64,000 nucleotides of DNA from Histomonas meleagridis 2922-C6/04-290x (GCA_020184695.1 JAANOX010000045.1:72684-136683), one strand, 5' to 3'. Positions 35,810-48,302 are shown, counted from the first letter of the stretch. Notes: a model not told the origin generated them from the sequence alone. Numbers and translations: made by a program.

Positions 35810-36986
35810 CTTATCGTGAATAAATGAATAAATTTTGATCGTCTATTGTAATCCCCTCTAATATAAGTTTTTATTTTTTACACTTTTTTTTAGTATTATT
35901 AATTCATCTTAAAAAAAAATAATCTACACTATTTAGCTTTGATCCTAAAAAATCGTCTTCTCAGTATAATTATCGTTTTTCAACTCAATAGTTGCAGGAA
36001 AAATATAGATTTTTCATATGAAAATATTTTTCATACATATAGTACAAGCTTATAAACCTATTTTGGCACCTTTTTCACAAAGAAATTTTTTTATTTCTTT
36101 GAAACCCAGCTTTTTAGCAATTTCAATAGCTGTTTCAAATTATTAAAACATATTCCATTTTGTTAAAACATGTGTAAATTTTTTCAAATGAATATTTTTT
36201 GAATTAACATCAATTCCTTTATCTAAGAGTAACTTTTAATTTAAATAAAACAAAATACCTGAATGAATTATCGTTTTTTACTTATTCAAAAGTATTTTCA
36301 CCATTTATATATATATAATATAATAAACACATTGAAATATATATAAAATTAAAAAAACGATGATCTATAGATGATGTCTTAATCGAAAATAAAATAAATT
36401 TTATATGAAAAAATGAGTGTAAAAATGTTAAAAATATAAAAGAAAATATCATAAACATTCGGTTCGCGCTTATTGGATAGTTTGATAAATGGGCATCGGC
36501 AAGCATCTGCATATAATAGAAACATAGTGTTTGGATAAACCGAGAGAATATTGATCTAAATTTACGGTACAAATTAATATGATTTATATATTAGCCATAT
36601 TATTAAAACAAGAGAAAATGTGAATCAATTGATTGAAAGTGGATTTTGTTCTAAAGCCTTCACCTATTAGTATTTCTGTAGCAAATTAAATGGGAACATT
36701 TATAATATATTTATAATTATTTTCTATTATATATTATAATTATTAGAAAACATGTTCTCAATGAATTTTTTTTTAGATTCACATTTTTTATTACTTTTTC
36801 ATACAATTGTAACCGTTTGAACTCAGAATTATTTTGAATGAACGGCCGTTAGTCAAAAAAGTAGGGGTTTTTCACTAAAATAACCGTATGAAAATAGACT
36901 TTTTATATGTATTTTAATCGTCAACCCCTCTGAAATAACTGCCAACACAAAATTGAATGTAAAGCTAAATAAAAAACGATGTTACA

Positions 36987-37271
36987 CTATTTTATTCGAA
37001 TCCGAATGATTTCAATGAGCTCACTCGGGAAATTATTATTGTTCAGAACAGCGACAAGGCGGTGGGGCATTGAATCAATGAGCTTGCGAATTCCAAGTTG
37101 GGAAAGATTTTCCCAAACATGAAATGCAATATTGATTAAATCTTCTTCAGTTTGCGGCCCCAAGTCTTCAATCCTTCTCTTCACTATAGACCACAGGTTC
37201 TCAATAACGTTAAGGTCCGGGCTCATTGCAGGCCAATTTTGAACTCGATTGCAATATGTAGAACATGACAA
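36987..37271 (-). mobile_element. C-terminal fragment of a Tc1-like transposase
   Basis: NWPAMSPDLNVIENLWSIVKRR..KLIDSMPHRLVAV. Confidence 0.85.
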
Positions 37272-37529
37272 TTCATAAAGATTTATATGCGAAGCAATTG
37301 ATATTATTGATCGATTTATATAATATTAATTAAGTCAAAAATGAATTTTAATGGAACATTGATATAAAATTTGTGTTGTATTACAGAGACGATTAAATAT
37401 TTCACAATATCCTAATGCTTGATCGTAGTTTAGTTTAATATATGATAATTGTTTTCTTTGATTCATTCTAATTAATTCAATGTATAATGTATGCAATGTC
37501 GATAACTTGCTATTTAATAATATCTGTTT

Positions 37530-37750
37530 CATCATCTTTGCCAAATTTTATTTTTGTTCAAAAAACTTGGCGAAAATCGTAAATTATTCAAAATGAAATT
37601 GAATTAAAATATTTTATCAGAAAACAAATTGAGAGCCATTTTTTGAATGCAAATTACACCTTATTCAAATTCCCCATAATGATTGAATTAGGCCTTTACT
37701 TTATGAATACTACTCATTTAAATTTCCCACGGTTGTAGGATAGTACCTTA
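37530..37750 (-). mobile_element. 5' terminus (TIR plus subterminal region) of the same family as 20706-21389
   Basis: 37610-37748 matches 21250-21389, including cccacggttgtaggatagtacc. The reverse complement of 37530-37640 continues to match 20818-20930. Confidence 0.8.
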
Positions 37751-39191
37751 CACTCATCTCCAAAAATCCGTAACTTTTTTTTACATTTGAAAGAAATTCA
37801 ATGGTTAATTTTTACGGATTTTTGGTTAACGTACAATAATCAAAAAGTAGAAATAATTTATTGAATTACAAAATTTAATGCAAAATGTTTGGGTGCTGTA
37901 TTAGTGGGCTAATATTCTGCATCGGGTGTTGTATCGAGAACTTGTAACGACTTTCAATATCTGGGGGCGTCCGATTGACGAAAAATTTCGATATTTTGAT
38001 AAAATCGTCTTCAAATTGTGAATGATATATCATTATCATATGGTCTTCAAAAAACGTCCAAGGGTTATCTGCACTCGAATAAGTTTGGTATTTTCTGAGA
38101 TTAGTATCGATTGGTAATTTATGACTGACAACTAGAAATTGTATTGTTTTATCATTATTGTCTAAACATGCAAGGATTCTCGCCCTAAATGAAAGAACAA
38201 GTTTGTTGATAGTACTCATAGGAATTTAAATCTCAGCATTGAACAAGATATTGTATAACTTCATCTATATTTTTTGGGTTGTGCGCATTAACAAAATGTT
38301 TTAATATACCCCACAGGTTTTCTTTTGGGGAGAGATCACAACTATTTGGTGGCCAATTATTTAACCAAACGCACATCGCATTGAGAAAATCTTTCGTATA
38401 ATAAGAGGTATGAGATGATGCTCCATCTTGTTGCCATATTTATTGAAGTTGGCCAAAAATGTGATCAAGTGTGGGAAATACTGAATGAGTTTTTAAAATT
38501 TCAACATACTTTTTTGAATCTTCGGTTTAATTAATAAAAATTAAATCGCTTTTATAATTGACCCCAATAGCTGCAAATACCATAACTCCTTTTGGAAATT
38601 TTTCTTTTAATGCTATAATCTGATCTGAGGTTTCACCGTTTTTCCGCCAAACCCATTTCCCGTCTGACCTTAAACAAAACCGCGATTCGTCGGAAAAAAT
38701 TATTTTGTCGTATTGGAAATTAAGGTCATTTGATATATTTGTTGAAAAATTTATGTGTTTTGATATTTGTTGTTAACTTAAATTTTGAAACACTTTACAA
38801 GGTTTCCAGTTATACTTAAGTTTGTGCCTTGCTCTATTTATTTAAGTCGGAGATAAAGGTAAAAAAATGATAATGATCTATCACTAATCGTCGGATCAGC
38901 AGACGTAAAAGCATCAACTTGTTGCATCATTGAATCTGTAAGCTTTGTTGGCCTTCCTCTTTGTGCTGGAGTAGGACATTCTTTATTTTGTTTATAGTAA
39001 TTTAAAGTTTTATAAATTCTTTATTATTATTTCTACAATGACAAACATGTAAAATAAATTTTATTGTGTTCTCTTTGTTTTTAAGGTTTAAAATGTTCCA
39101 TTCTTTGGATTTCGATGGGTCATATCCTTCGTATTACATCTAAATGACTTTTGAATTGCTATTTGGTCTTACGAATTTTTGGAAACAAGTT
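37751..39191 (-). mobile_element. Tc1-like DD34E element (~1.44 kb, TA-flanked, 23-bp imperfect TIRs) whose decayed transposase ends in a Myb-like repeat
   Basis: TIRs CACTCATCTCCAAAAATCCGTAA (37751-37773) and TTACGAATTTTTGGAAACAAGTT (39169-39191). Transposase motifs RGRPTKL, IIFSDESRF and WQQDGASSHT, with 34 residues to E in NWPPNSCDLSPKENLWG, followed by WTFFEDHMIM..FIKISKFFVNRTPPDIESRYK. Confidence 0.85.
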
Positions 39192-39367
39192 TATTTTTTT
39201 CTTAGCCGATTAAAGCTATGATTTCTGTTCTCGTTTTGATCATATTTTGAGTCATTTGACAACCTGTGTCTTGCATGAACAATAAAAATGATGAATCAAA
39301 CAAACATTGTCAATATCTCGGGCTGGGCTTTGTTTGACAAATTTTCATTTGAGAATTTTTAATTTTA

Positions 39368-42300
39368 ATGCTTATTTTGTTTATTCTTCATGCATCTCAA
39401 ATTTTCATAGAAGAAAACAACACGCTAGTTGTCAATGCAGCTGATATTTCACAAGGGACATACAAACAATATCAAGACAAAACAGAATTTATTAATTTTG
39501 TGGATGATGTCAATCTATTTGAGAATTCAGCATTTAGAAATTGGCCTGCGTTAATTTCTGTTATAATTTCAAATTCAGTCGTTACCATTTCAGATTTCTC
39601 CTTTTATTCATGTAACGAGTTATCAATGATTACACTTTCAAATTCTGTAAAATCCATAGGTATTTCAACATTTCAAAAATGTACTTCTCTATTAAATATC
39701 ACAATTCCAAATTCTGTAACATCTATTGGTTCTTCAGCATTTCGAGAATGTACTTCTCTATCAATTGTAACGATTCCAAGTTCAGTGACATCTATTGGTT
39801 CTTCAGCATTTCGAGGATGTAATATTAATATTACATTTTACCAAATTCAACAACAAAAATTGAGAATGAATTGTTTTATTCTTGTCCATTGACCTCAATT
39901 ACCATGAGTGATAATGTTGAGACAATTGGAGATTATGCATTTTTTGGTGTTGTTATTGACACAGAAAATTTCAAATTTCCAAAATCATTAAAATCAATTG
40001 GATTTTTTTCTTTTGGCTATTGTAATCATTTCTATTCACTTATATTTAATGATGGAATGAAGACAATTGGTGATTCATCATTTAATTCATGTTATAACTT
40101 AAAAACAGTAGTAATTTCAAACACTGTTACAGAGATTGGATCTTATTCATTTTATGATTGTCATTCATTAGAATCTTTAACCATTGGGGAAAATGTTGAA
40201 ACCATTTGTGAAGAAGCATTTACAAATTCTAATTTAACTGAAGTCATAATACCCAAATCAGTTAAATTAATCGAAAACAATGCATTTTCTTGTTATAGTC
40301 TTGAAAACATTAAAGTTTCAAATGAAAATAAATTTTATCCGAATCATCAAAATGATGGAATTCTTTATAATAAAGAAATAACTCAAATCGGATATTATCC
40401 AAAACGAAATAAAAAAGAAACTTATGAATTTCCTAATACAGTTACTTCAATTGGTAATTTTTCATTTTCTAAATATCCTTTTAATAAAATTATAATTCCG
40501 AATTTTGTAACTTATATTGGTTATTATGCATTCGGTAGTAACCCTAATTTAACAGAAGTTATTATAGGAGAAAATGTTAAAATAATTGAAAATTTTGCAT
40601 TTTCTGGTTGCAGATTATTATCTAAAATTAGAATTCCTAATTTAGTTACCACAATTAATGAATATACATTTAGTGGTAATTCTAATTTAACAGAAGTTAT
40701 TTTTGGAGAAAATGTTAATATAATTAAAGAATCTGCATTTTCTTTTTGTGATTCATTAACTAATATTACAATTCCTAATTCAGTTACTGTAATTAATGAT
40801 TTTGCGTTTTCTTTTTGTAGTTCATTAGTTAATGTTAACATTCCTGAATCAGTTACTTTAATTGGTGAATCAGTATTTAATAATTGTTTAAAACTTCAAT
40901 TTATCAATGTATCAAAAGGGAACAAATTTTATTCTAATTATGATAATGATGGAATTCTTTATAACAAAAACATTACACAAATTCTTTATTATCCAATTTC
41001 GAACACAAAAGAAAAATTTGAAGTTCCAAATTCTATAATTAATATTAATGATTATTTATTTTATCAATGCACAAATTTGAAAGTGATTATTATTGGTGAG
41101 AATGTTAAAACAATTGGAAATCATGCTTTTAGTTATTGTACTTCATTAACAAATATTCAAATTCCTCATTCAGTAACATCAATTGGTCAATCATTATTTT
41201 TGCATTGTATCAAATTAGAAACAATTATTTAAAGTGAAAACATTGATAAAATAGACAAAAATACATTTAATTATTGTATCTCATTAACGAAAATCGAAAT
41301 CTCAAATTTAGTAACGTCAATTGGTATTTCAGCATTTTCATATTGTTATAATTTAGAAACAATTATTATGAATGATAACATTAACCAAATTGATGATTTT
41401 GCATTTTATAATTGTATTTCATTAAGAAACATTAACATTCCTGAATCAGTTACTTTAATTGGTGAATCAGTATTTAATAATTGTTTAAAACTTCAATTTA
41501 TCAATGTATCAAAAGAGAACAAATTTTATTCTAATTATGATAATGATGGAATTCTTTATAACAAAAACATTACACAAATTCTTTATTATCCAATTTCGAA
41601 CACAAAAGAAAAATTTGAAGTTCCAAATTCTATAATTTCAATTAAATCTTTTTCTAATTCTTCGTATTTAACAACAATTATATTAAATAATAATGTGCGA
41701 ATAATTAATGATTATACATTTCGTAATTGTCGTTCTCTAAAAGATATTGTTATTCCGAATTCAGTTATAACAATGGGAAAAAATTCATTTCAATATTGTG
41801 CAAAATTAGAATCAATTAAACTCAGCGAAAGTTTAACACGAATTAATGAATTTTCCTTTGATTCATGCGAATCATTAAGAAATATTATAATTCCTGAATC
41901 AGTTTCTCTAATATTTCCTTATGCATTTAGTTACTGTACTCAACTTGAAACTATTTCTATTCCAAAAGGTGTAATTCGTATTTATGATTATTCATTTTTA
42001 CGGTGTTCAAATATTAAATATATAAATGTATCTCAAAATAATAATAAATTTTCTAATTATCAAAATGATGGAATTCTTTATAATAAAGATATTACAAAAT
42101 TATTGTTATATACAACAGGATCTGAAAATAATGCATTTATTACACCTGAAACGGTTCAAATCATTGGAGAATTTGCGTTTTATTCATCTCAAAGTCTTTT
42201 CACTTTAACATTGGGCGAAAATATAAAAACAATTAAAAGTTCTGCATTTCGTAATTGCATTAATATGAAATGTGTATATTTTCATGGTGTTAATGAACCT

Positions 42301-42615
42301 AATGTTGAATGGGACGCATTTCTAAATGTAGGAACTGAAATTATTATGGTTCCAAATAATTACATATACATCCGAAGTTTATCTTTTTTGAATGTTTTAA
42401 GCGGTGAAATTGCTGATGGTTGTCCAGATGATAAAGTCATTACAAGAAAAAATAATTACACTTCAAGAAATGTTTATGTGATTTGTTCTATATTTGCTGC
42501 AATTATAATTGTTGCAATTTTGATTAGGGTGGTTGTTAGAAGACTTAGAAACAGAATTAATATAAAATTATTACCAAGTGATCCTCTAATGCCTCATGAT
42601 GCTGATAAAAATTAA
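39368..42615 (+). pseudogene. BspA-like leucine-rich-repeat surface protein, interrupted by one frameshift and one in-frame TAA
   Basis: Signal-like N-terminus, many TpLRR units (xIPxSVTxIGxxAF..C..L), a C-terminal TM (VYVICSIFAAIIIVAILIRVVV) and a short tail. Frameshift at T4 39836-39839; TAA at 41230-41232 is in frame with the 41368 ORF. Confidence 0.85.
40835..41637 (+). repeat. Near-identical 206-bp direct duplication inside the BspA gene (40835-41040 and 41432-41637)
   Basis: The two copies match by eye except for one G/A difference (aaaaggg vs aaaagag). Confidence 0.9.
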
Positions 42616-43102
42616 AAACATTTAATAAAAAAGTAAATAGTCTGAGAATATATTCTTTTGTATCTTCTATATAATAACTCTACAAGAGATCTTTATAAAG
42701 AGTATTAATACTCTTTATAATAACATTATTATATAGAACTCTTTATAATAACTACAAAAGAGAATATAAATATATAGATTTGTTTAAAAAAAATTAAAAT
42801 AATGTTATAAAACTAATATGAAATTTTAGATTTTTTAGTATGATAAAAAATTGTATAACTTCGTTCGAATTCACAATTGGTCCGTACTGTGAAAAAAGAA
42901 TTGTGAATAAAAGACGTTATATAACATCACCTTCATACAAATAACAAATATAACCGCCGGAATGAACCACCCTGTTAAAATTGAATGGCTTTCACAACTG
43001 TTACTTTTGTCGTACTTTACTGAAAATTAGGCCAAGATTTTTCATAAAAAAATGAGATATAAGAATAAAAAATAGCTCCCAAAGAATTGATATTTAATGA
43101 CG

Positions 43103-43663
43103 TTAGGAAATATTACAACAGCCTCCACTTCCTTGATTTGGTGATATTGATTTGACAATAGCTTTATCGAAAACTTCTTTAACTCCTTCGTTTTTGAGAG
43201 CTGAGCATTCTGCATAATCAAACGCTTGAATTTGCTTTGCCATCATTACGCCTTCCTCATAGGAAACGCATTGATCTGGCGGTGTTGAGCTTCTTAAATC
43301 TGTTTTTGTTCCAACAAGCAATATTACCGGTTGCTTAGAGTTGAGCTTTACCTCCTCAACCCATTTGTTCTTAATGTTTTCGAAAGACGATCTATCAACA
43401 ACTGAAAAACATAGCAAAAAAATATCTGTACCAGGGTAAGAAAGAGTTCTTATATTCTCTAATTCTTCCTGACCTGCCGTATCCCATAACTGAACTGGGT
43501 ATTCTTGGTCGTTAACTTTAACTTTGCATTTGGAATTTTCGAAAACTGTTGGAACATAATCTAAAGGGAAAGTACCATTAGAGTATATGACGAGGAGGCA
43601 TGTCTTACCGACAGCACCATCGCCGACGGCAACTAGTTTGATTGGATCCCTACCGGACGACAT
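43103..43663 (-). CDS. Rho-family (Rac-like) small GTPase
   Basis: GDGAVGKT, effector loop YVPTVFEN, WDTAGQE, GTKTDLR, ECSAL and C-terminal CCNIS. Confidence 0.93.
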   Translation of the reverse strand: MSSGRDPIKLVAVGDGAVGKTCLLVIYSNGTFPLDYVPTVFENSKCKVKVNDQEYPVQLWDTAGQEELENIRTLSYPGTDIFLLCFSVVDRSSFENIKNKWVEEVKLNSKQPVILLVGTKTDLRSSTPPDQCVSYEEGVMMAKQIQAFDYAECSALKNEGVKEVFDKAIVKSISPNQGSGGCCNIS

Positions 43664-44267
43664 TCTGAGTAATCTGTTTCTGAGAAAGACGTTAGGAAGT
43701 TTTTGAGAATGTTGCTAACAAAATAATTGAAAAGTTTTTGTTGGATTCTTCATTTCTGAAATTTACTTTATTGAGTGCTTATCTGGTCAGATAAGAATTT
43801 AAATTCTTATTCTTGATTTAAATTTAAATTCTTTGATTGATTTGTTTTAAAACATGTACATGTTTTAGTGAATAAAATTAGTAATACTTAAATAAATGTT
43901 GTTACTTAGTAAAAAGCTAACTGATTTTTTATGATAAAAGTCGAATTGTACTAATTTTCATTGAAATTGCATCACAAATGTGGAGAAATATTCATTAAGT
44001 TATTTGAAAAAAAAATATTATAAAATAGAAATATTAATAAAAGTTTGATAAATTCCTGTGAAAGATAAAAGCTTGAACTCATTGAGATATTTACGCATTT
44101 CATATTGAAAAAACGGCCTTTGTAAAATTATTGAATGCAATAACCGTGAGAAAAATAAACGTTTATTTTAAAGGTTTTCTGTGGCAGTTTGCAATTTTTC
44201 AGAAAAAATGATAAACGTCTTTTTATAAATTTTTGCCAACTTTACTTCAAATTTATGTTACAAATTT

Positions 44268-44801
44268 TCATTCTTTCTTTTCTTCTTTTTGTTCTGTGTG
44301 CTTGTGATGCGTTTTCTTCGGATTTGTTACATTTATGAGATCATCTTCTGTAAACTCGGCTCCACAAATAGGGCAAACATGAGTGTTTAGTTGAACCAAT
44401 GAATACTCAAGGAAAAGATGTCCACATTTAAATATTATGACCCATGAATCTTGTGTTCCTGGTGAAGGTGATTTACCAGATACAGGGCACACATATTCCA
44501 AGAGGTTTGGGAAGCCAAGTAAATCAACTTCTTTAAGGTTTTTTAAATGTCGGATATATTTGATTCGATTTGGAACTGTTCCTTCAGCAATAGCATTAAG
44601 TGCATCGTTCTTATTAAAAAATGTTCCAAATTTTGATACAAGTATTGGCGCATGTAAAGGAGAACCTGTTAGTGCGCATTCAACCCAACATGATTTCGAA
44701 TATGATGAAGACCTTTGAGAATTTTCGACTCTTGCTTGTGTATTATTTTTTGTTTTAACCATATCAGGTCTATGTGTGATTAATCCTCCATCAAGTCCCA
44801 T
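44268..44801 (-). CDS. RTF2: Rtf2-like RING-finger protein
   Basis: MGLDGG start, CALTGSPL..PI, CPVSG, CGHLF and CPICG..F..DDLI follow the Rtf2 family pattern. Confidence 0.8.
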   Translation of the reverse strand: MGLDGGLITHRPDMVKTKNNTQARVENSQRSSSYSKSCWVECALTGSPLHAPILVSKFGTFFNKNDALNAIAEGTVPNRIKYIRHLKNLKEVDLLGFPNLLEYVCPVSGKSPSPGTQDSWVIIFKCGHLFLEYSLVQLNTHVCPICGAEFTEDDLINVTNPKKTHHKHTEQKEEKKE

Positions 44802-44894
44802 TTATATCCGAGTGTAGGTGGACGTTAAAGAACCCTGAAAAAATGAATGGTTTACATGAGAATTGAATAGCAGAAGCCGTTAAAAACTCATCAG
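44802..44894. promoter_or_regulatory. Probable bidirectional promoter between RTF2 and the DDB1-like gene
   Basis: Head-to-head starts 93 bp apart; TCATCAG just before the + strand ATG. Confidence 0.5.
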
Positions 44895-47876
44895 ATGTTT
44901 CTTCACAAAACCCTGCAAAATGATACACAAATAACAGGAATCGCAGGGATATGTGATATTGACAATGATGTAACATCAATAGCAATTGCTCAAGGATGTA
45001 ATTTAAATATTGTAAATCCCAAAAATTTTCAGATTACACAAACTTATCCATTTATGTCACCAATTGAAGTTTTAGCATATGAAAAATATTCACAATCTAC
45101 ATTTATTCTTCTTCGAAATTATAATTGGTTTATTTTCAAACTTCCTGAATTAATTAAAACAGGCTCATTATTTGCTCCAATTTTTTCAAGTCCTCATCGT
45201 TCTTTATTACCACGAGAATCCGATTTAACAGAACCTCCAGCTGCCTCCACTCCAGTTGCCACGGCCATAATTCGGTTTAATGAGAGTCGAATTCTTTATG
45301 CAGTTCATCCACATTACATAGCTCTGCGTGTTCAGCAAAGTTGTATTCATGTCATTCCAATTGAAGGAAATAATGAACCATTTATCATTCCAATCTTACA
45401 ATCCAACATAGTTGACATGGCTTTTTTAGGACCAGTTTCATGTTCCACCCGACTTTCATTCATATCTGACTCTCAAACTGGCGATCGTTTACTATCTGTA
45501 TATTCTTTAAATGATACATCCACCGAATTCTCACTTGAATTCACAGTCAACTTACCAAACAATGCCCATTCGTTATTACCATTACATCCAGAATTACATT
45601 CCTCCATAGTTGTGTTTACACGCGATGGAGTTATTCGTATTACAGCACCCGAAGGCCTTTCTCAAACAGTTGAACATTTATCAGCGTTTATGCCACCATA
45701 CATTGTACATCATTGTCATTTCTTTGATGACATCTATTTAATCTGTGATTCCTGTGGCGGATTAAGTGGTGTTTCATTACCTGTTGAAGGTACAGTCACA
45801 ATTGAATCAATGAAAAACGTTGGCCCCACAAGTGGAATCATTGCAATTAACAAACAACATTTTTTTGTAGCGTCACCATTTGGTGATAGTCATTTTTATG
45901 AGTTTATATTATTAGAAAATTCGTTTTTGCTTAAAGAAATTGGAGTTATTCATAGTAAAGCAATTGTGTCTAATTTACAAGAGCTGAATGGTGAGATATT
46001 TTGTAACTCTGGAAGATCTAATTCATCTGAGATTAATATATTTGAGAAAGCTTTAAATGTTAAGAAAGAATGGAATATGAATGTTGGTGAATGTGTTAAT
46101 ATTTTTTGCTTTTTAATTGGTGAAAAAGTTTTTATTTGTTTAAATTATTATAATCAAACAAATTTGATAGAATGTGATATCGGAAGTAATAATATAAATA
46201 ATATTTATTGGAGTGAGATACAAAATGATAAAGTTACTTTAATGTTTGAAAAAATAGAAAATGAGTTAATTTTATATGCAAATGATACAAAAATTGTTAA
46301 ATTCGATGAAAAAATGAAAATTTTAAATAAAATCGAAAATGAAAATGTAAATTTAATATCAAATTCCAATAAATATATCATTTATACTACAAATTCAAAT
46401 GAAGTTAAAGTAATAAAAATTAAGAATTTTAAACTAAAAGTAAAATTCGATATAGATGACCAAATTTTATTAATTGCTAATGATGATAATTATATAGCTT
46501 TATATTTAATTAATAATTTTTTGGCTTTAATTAACATCAACGATGGAAGTAAAGTGCTCAAAAAGTTACCGCTGATCACGTTGAGTTCAATTTGCTTTTT
46601 TAATGATAATATTTTATTAGGCACAATAAATGGTAATATAGTATATTTAACGTTAGATTTAGAAGTCGAAAGAACAATTGAGTGTAGTGATTTTGATGTC
46701 AAACTTCAAAAATATCAAAATGAAATTATCTCAAATGGTAATCCATCATTTGAAATTCGGGGAAACATTCGATATTTTTATAACTTATGTACAAGTGAAG
46801 AAATTCATAAAGTAACAGAAGACCTAATTTTGTGTCTATATAAAGATGAATTAACATTATATCGAATTTTACCTAAATCCATTAATGGACTTCTTCGATC
46901 GATGTTTAAAGTTCCAGATTTATTAAACTTTATAATATTAGAAAACAACGTTGTGATTTGTTTAATCGAAGAGGATTCTAAACAATACATTATAAAATAT
47001 ATAAACTTCGAAGAGAATTATCGATATGAAATCCAACAAAGTTTAACACTATTTCAACACATTAAATTTGAAGAAAATGATTTAATAATCATTGGCTATC
47101 AATCCGATTATTTCATTGAGATATTAAACATTGATCTTCAAGTTAAGTGCAAACAAAAATTAGCGAAAACTCCGACATCAGTTTCGATACTCAATGATTT
47201 ATTAATTATATCAATTGAAGGCGGAACAATTGAATTCTATTGCATCAAAAACATTAATGAAACGTATGAAATCGAACGTAAGATGATCATTGAGTCACAT
47301 TATATTACGCCAACATTATATATAAATGAAAACGATTATTTGTTTGCAACAGATATATATCAATCATTGTTTGTGTATAAAATAATTAATAATAATAACA
47401 TAATAAAAGTAACTGAGGATAATATGGCGAAAGGTTTAAACAAAATCGCTGTGCTAAATAATAATAAAATATTCACTTCCGATTTTAAAGGTTCGATTTA
47501 TTATTACGAATTTAATGAAAATGATGGTAAGTTATATGAAAAAGGTTCGTTCCAATTATCATCGAAAGTTTTGTCATTGATCGAATTCGATAATAAAATA
47601 TTTTACTCAACTGAAGGAGGTGGAATTGGACAACTTACGGAATGTGATGATGTATTGTTAATGAAAGTAAGAGATGCTTTGGATGAAGAAAATGTCGTTA
47701 TGTTGGCTGACACTATAACACCTGCAATGTTCGAATGGAAACAAGAAAATATATTCATCGATTTGGATAACTTGGAAGTAATTTTGAAGCTGCCGAAAAG
47801 ATTAATTAATAAAATAGCACAAAAGGTGGGAATGAATAGAGATGAGCTTGTGAACCATTTACAGAAGTATCTATAG
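44895..47876 (+). CDS. DDB1/CPSF160/SF3B3-type multi-beta-propeller protein
   Basis: 993-aa beta-rich ORF with C-terminal CPSF_A-like segments (YLFATDIYQSLFVY, TSDFKGSIYYY, FYSTEGGGIGQL) and a terminal helical domain. Divergent from RTF2 across 93 bp. Confidence 0.7.
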   Translation: MFLHKTLQNDTQITGIAGICDIDNDVTSIAIAQGCNLNIVNPKNFQITQTYPFMSPIEVLAYEKYSQSTFILLRNYNWFIFKLPELIKTGSLFAPIFSSPHRSLLPRESDLTEPPAASTPVATAIIRFNESRILYAVHPHYIALRVQQSCIHVIPIEGNNEPFIIPILQSNIVDMAFLGPVSCSTRLSFISDSQTGDRLLSVYSLNDTSTEFSLEFTVNLPNNAHSLLPLHPELHSSIVVFTRDGVIRITAPEGLSQTVEHLSAFMPPYIVHHCHFFDDIYLICDSCGGLSGVSLPVEGTVTIESMKNVGPTSGIIAINKQHFFVASPFGDSHFYEFILLENSFLLKEIGVIHSKAIVSNLQELNGEIFCNSGRSNSSEINIFEKALNVKKEWNMNVGECVNIFCFLIGEKVFICLNYYNQTNLIECDIGSNNINNIYWSEIQNDKVTLMFEKIENELILYANDTKIVKFDEKMKILNKIENENVNLISNSNKYIIYTTNSNEVKVIKIKNFKLKVKFDIDDQILLIANDDNYIALYLINNFLALININDGSKVLKKLPLITLSSICFFNDNILLGTINGNIVYLTLDLEVERTIECSDFDVKLQKYQNEIISNGNPSFEIRGNIRYFYNLCTSEEIHKVTEDLILCLYKDELTLYRILPKSINGLLRSMFKVPDLLNFIILENNVVICLIEEDSKQYIIKYINFEENYRYEIQQSLTLFQHIKFEENDLIIIGYQSDYFIEILNIDLQVKCKQKLAKTPTSVSILNDLLIISIEGGTIEFYCIKNINETYEIERKMIIESHYITPTLYINENDYLFATDIYQSLFVYKIINNNNIIKVTEDNMAKGLNKIAVLNNNKIFTSDFKGSIYYYEFNENDGKLYEKGSFQLSSKVLSLIEFDNKIFYSTEGGGIGQLTECDDVLLMKVRDALDEENVVMLADTITPAMFEWKQENIFIDLDNLEVILKLPKRLINKIAQKVGMNRDELVNHLQKYL

Positions 47877-48302
47877 ATAAAAAATATATTTTAAAAATAA
47901 TTATTTGTGTATAAATTTTCGTTTTGATGAGAAGTGAAGGACAGAATAAAGTTTTGAAAACCATGTTCAAAAATTACGTATTTTTTCATCATATGGTATT
48001 CTTCCACACTAACTCCTTTTTTGTTACAATTATCGAGTTTTTGAATTTAATTGAACGAGATATATATCAAAAACCGAGTTAAAACACTTGACATCTTTTC
48101 TCAATTCCTTCGGAAAAATAAACTACAAGAATCAATGAAGAAATCACTCATTTGTTCGGACAAAATCATTCATTTTTTCAAAATGCATATGAAGCAGAAA
48201 TTATGTTTCATTAAAAAGATACCTTTAAATATTTTTATGAAAATAAATTAAAAAATATTAATAATTTAGGAAAATTAATAAAGCTTTGTATTATATATAA
48301 TA

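Noticed and set aside
41230-41232. TAA reassigned to Gln (alternative genetic code)
   Set aside because: Long host genes end normally at TAA, and the equivalent position in sister LRRs is hydrophobic, so TTA>TAA is the simpler explanation.
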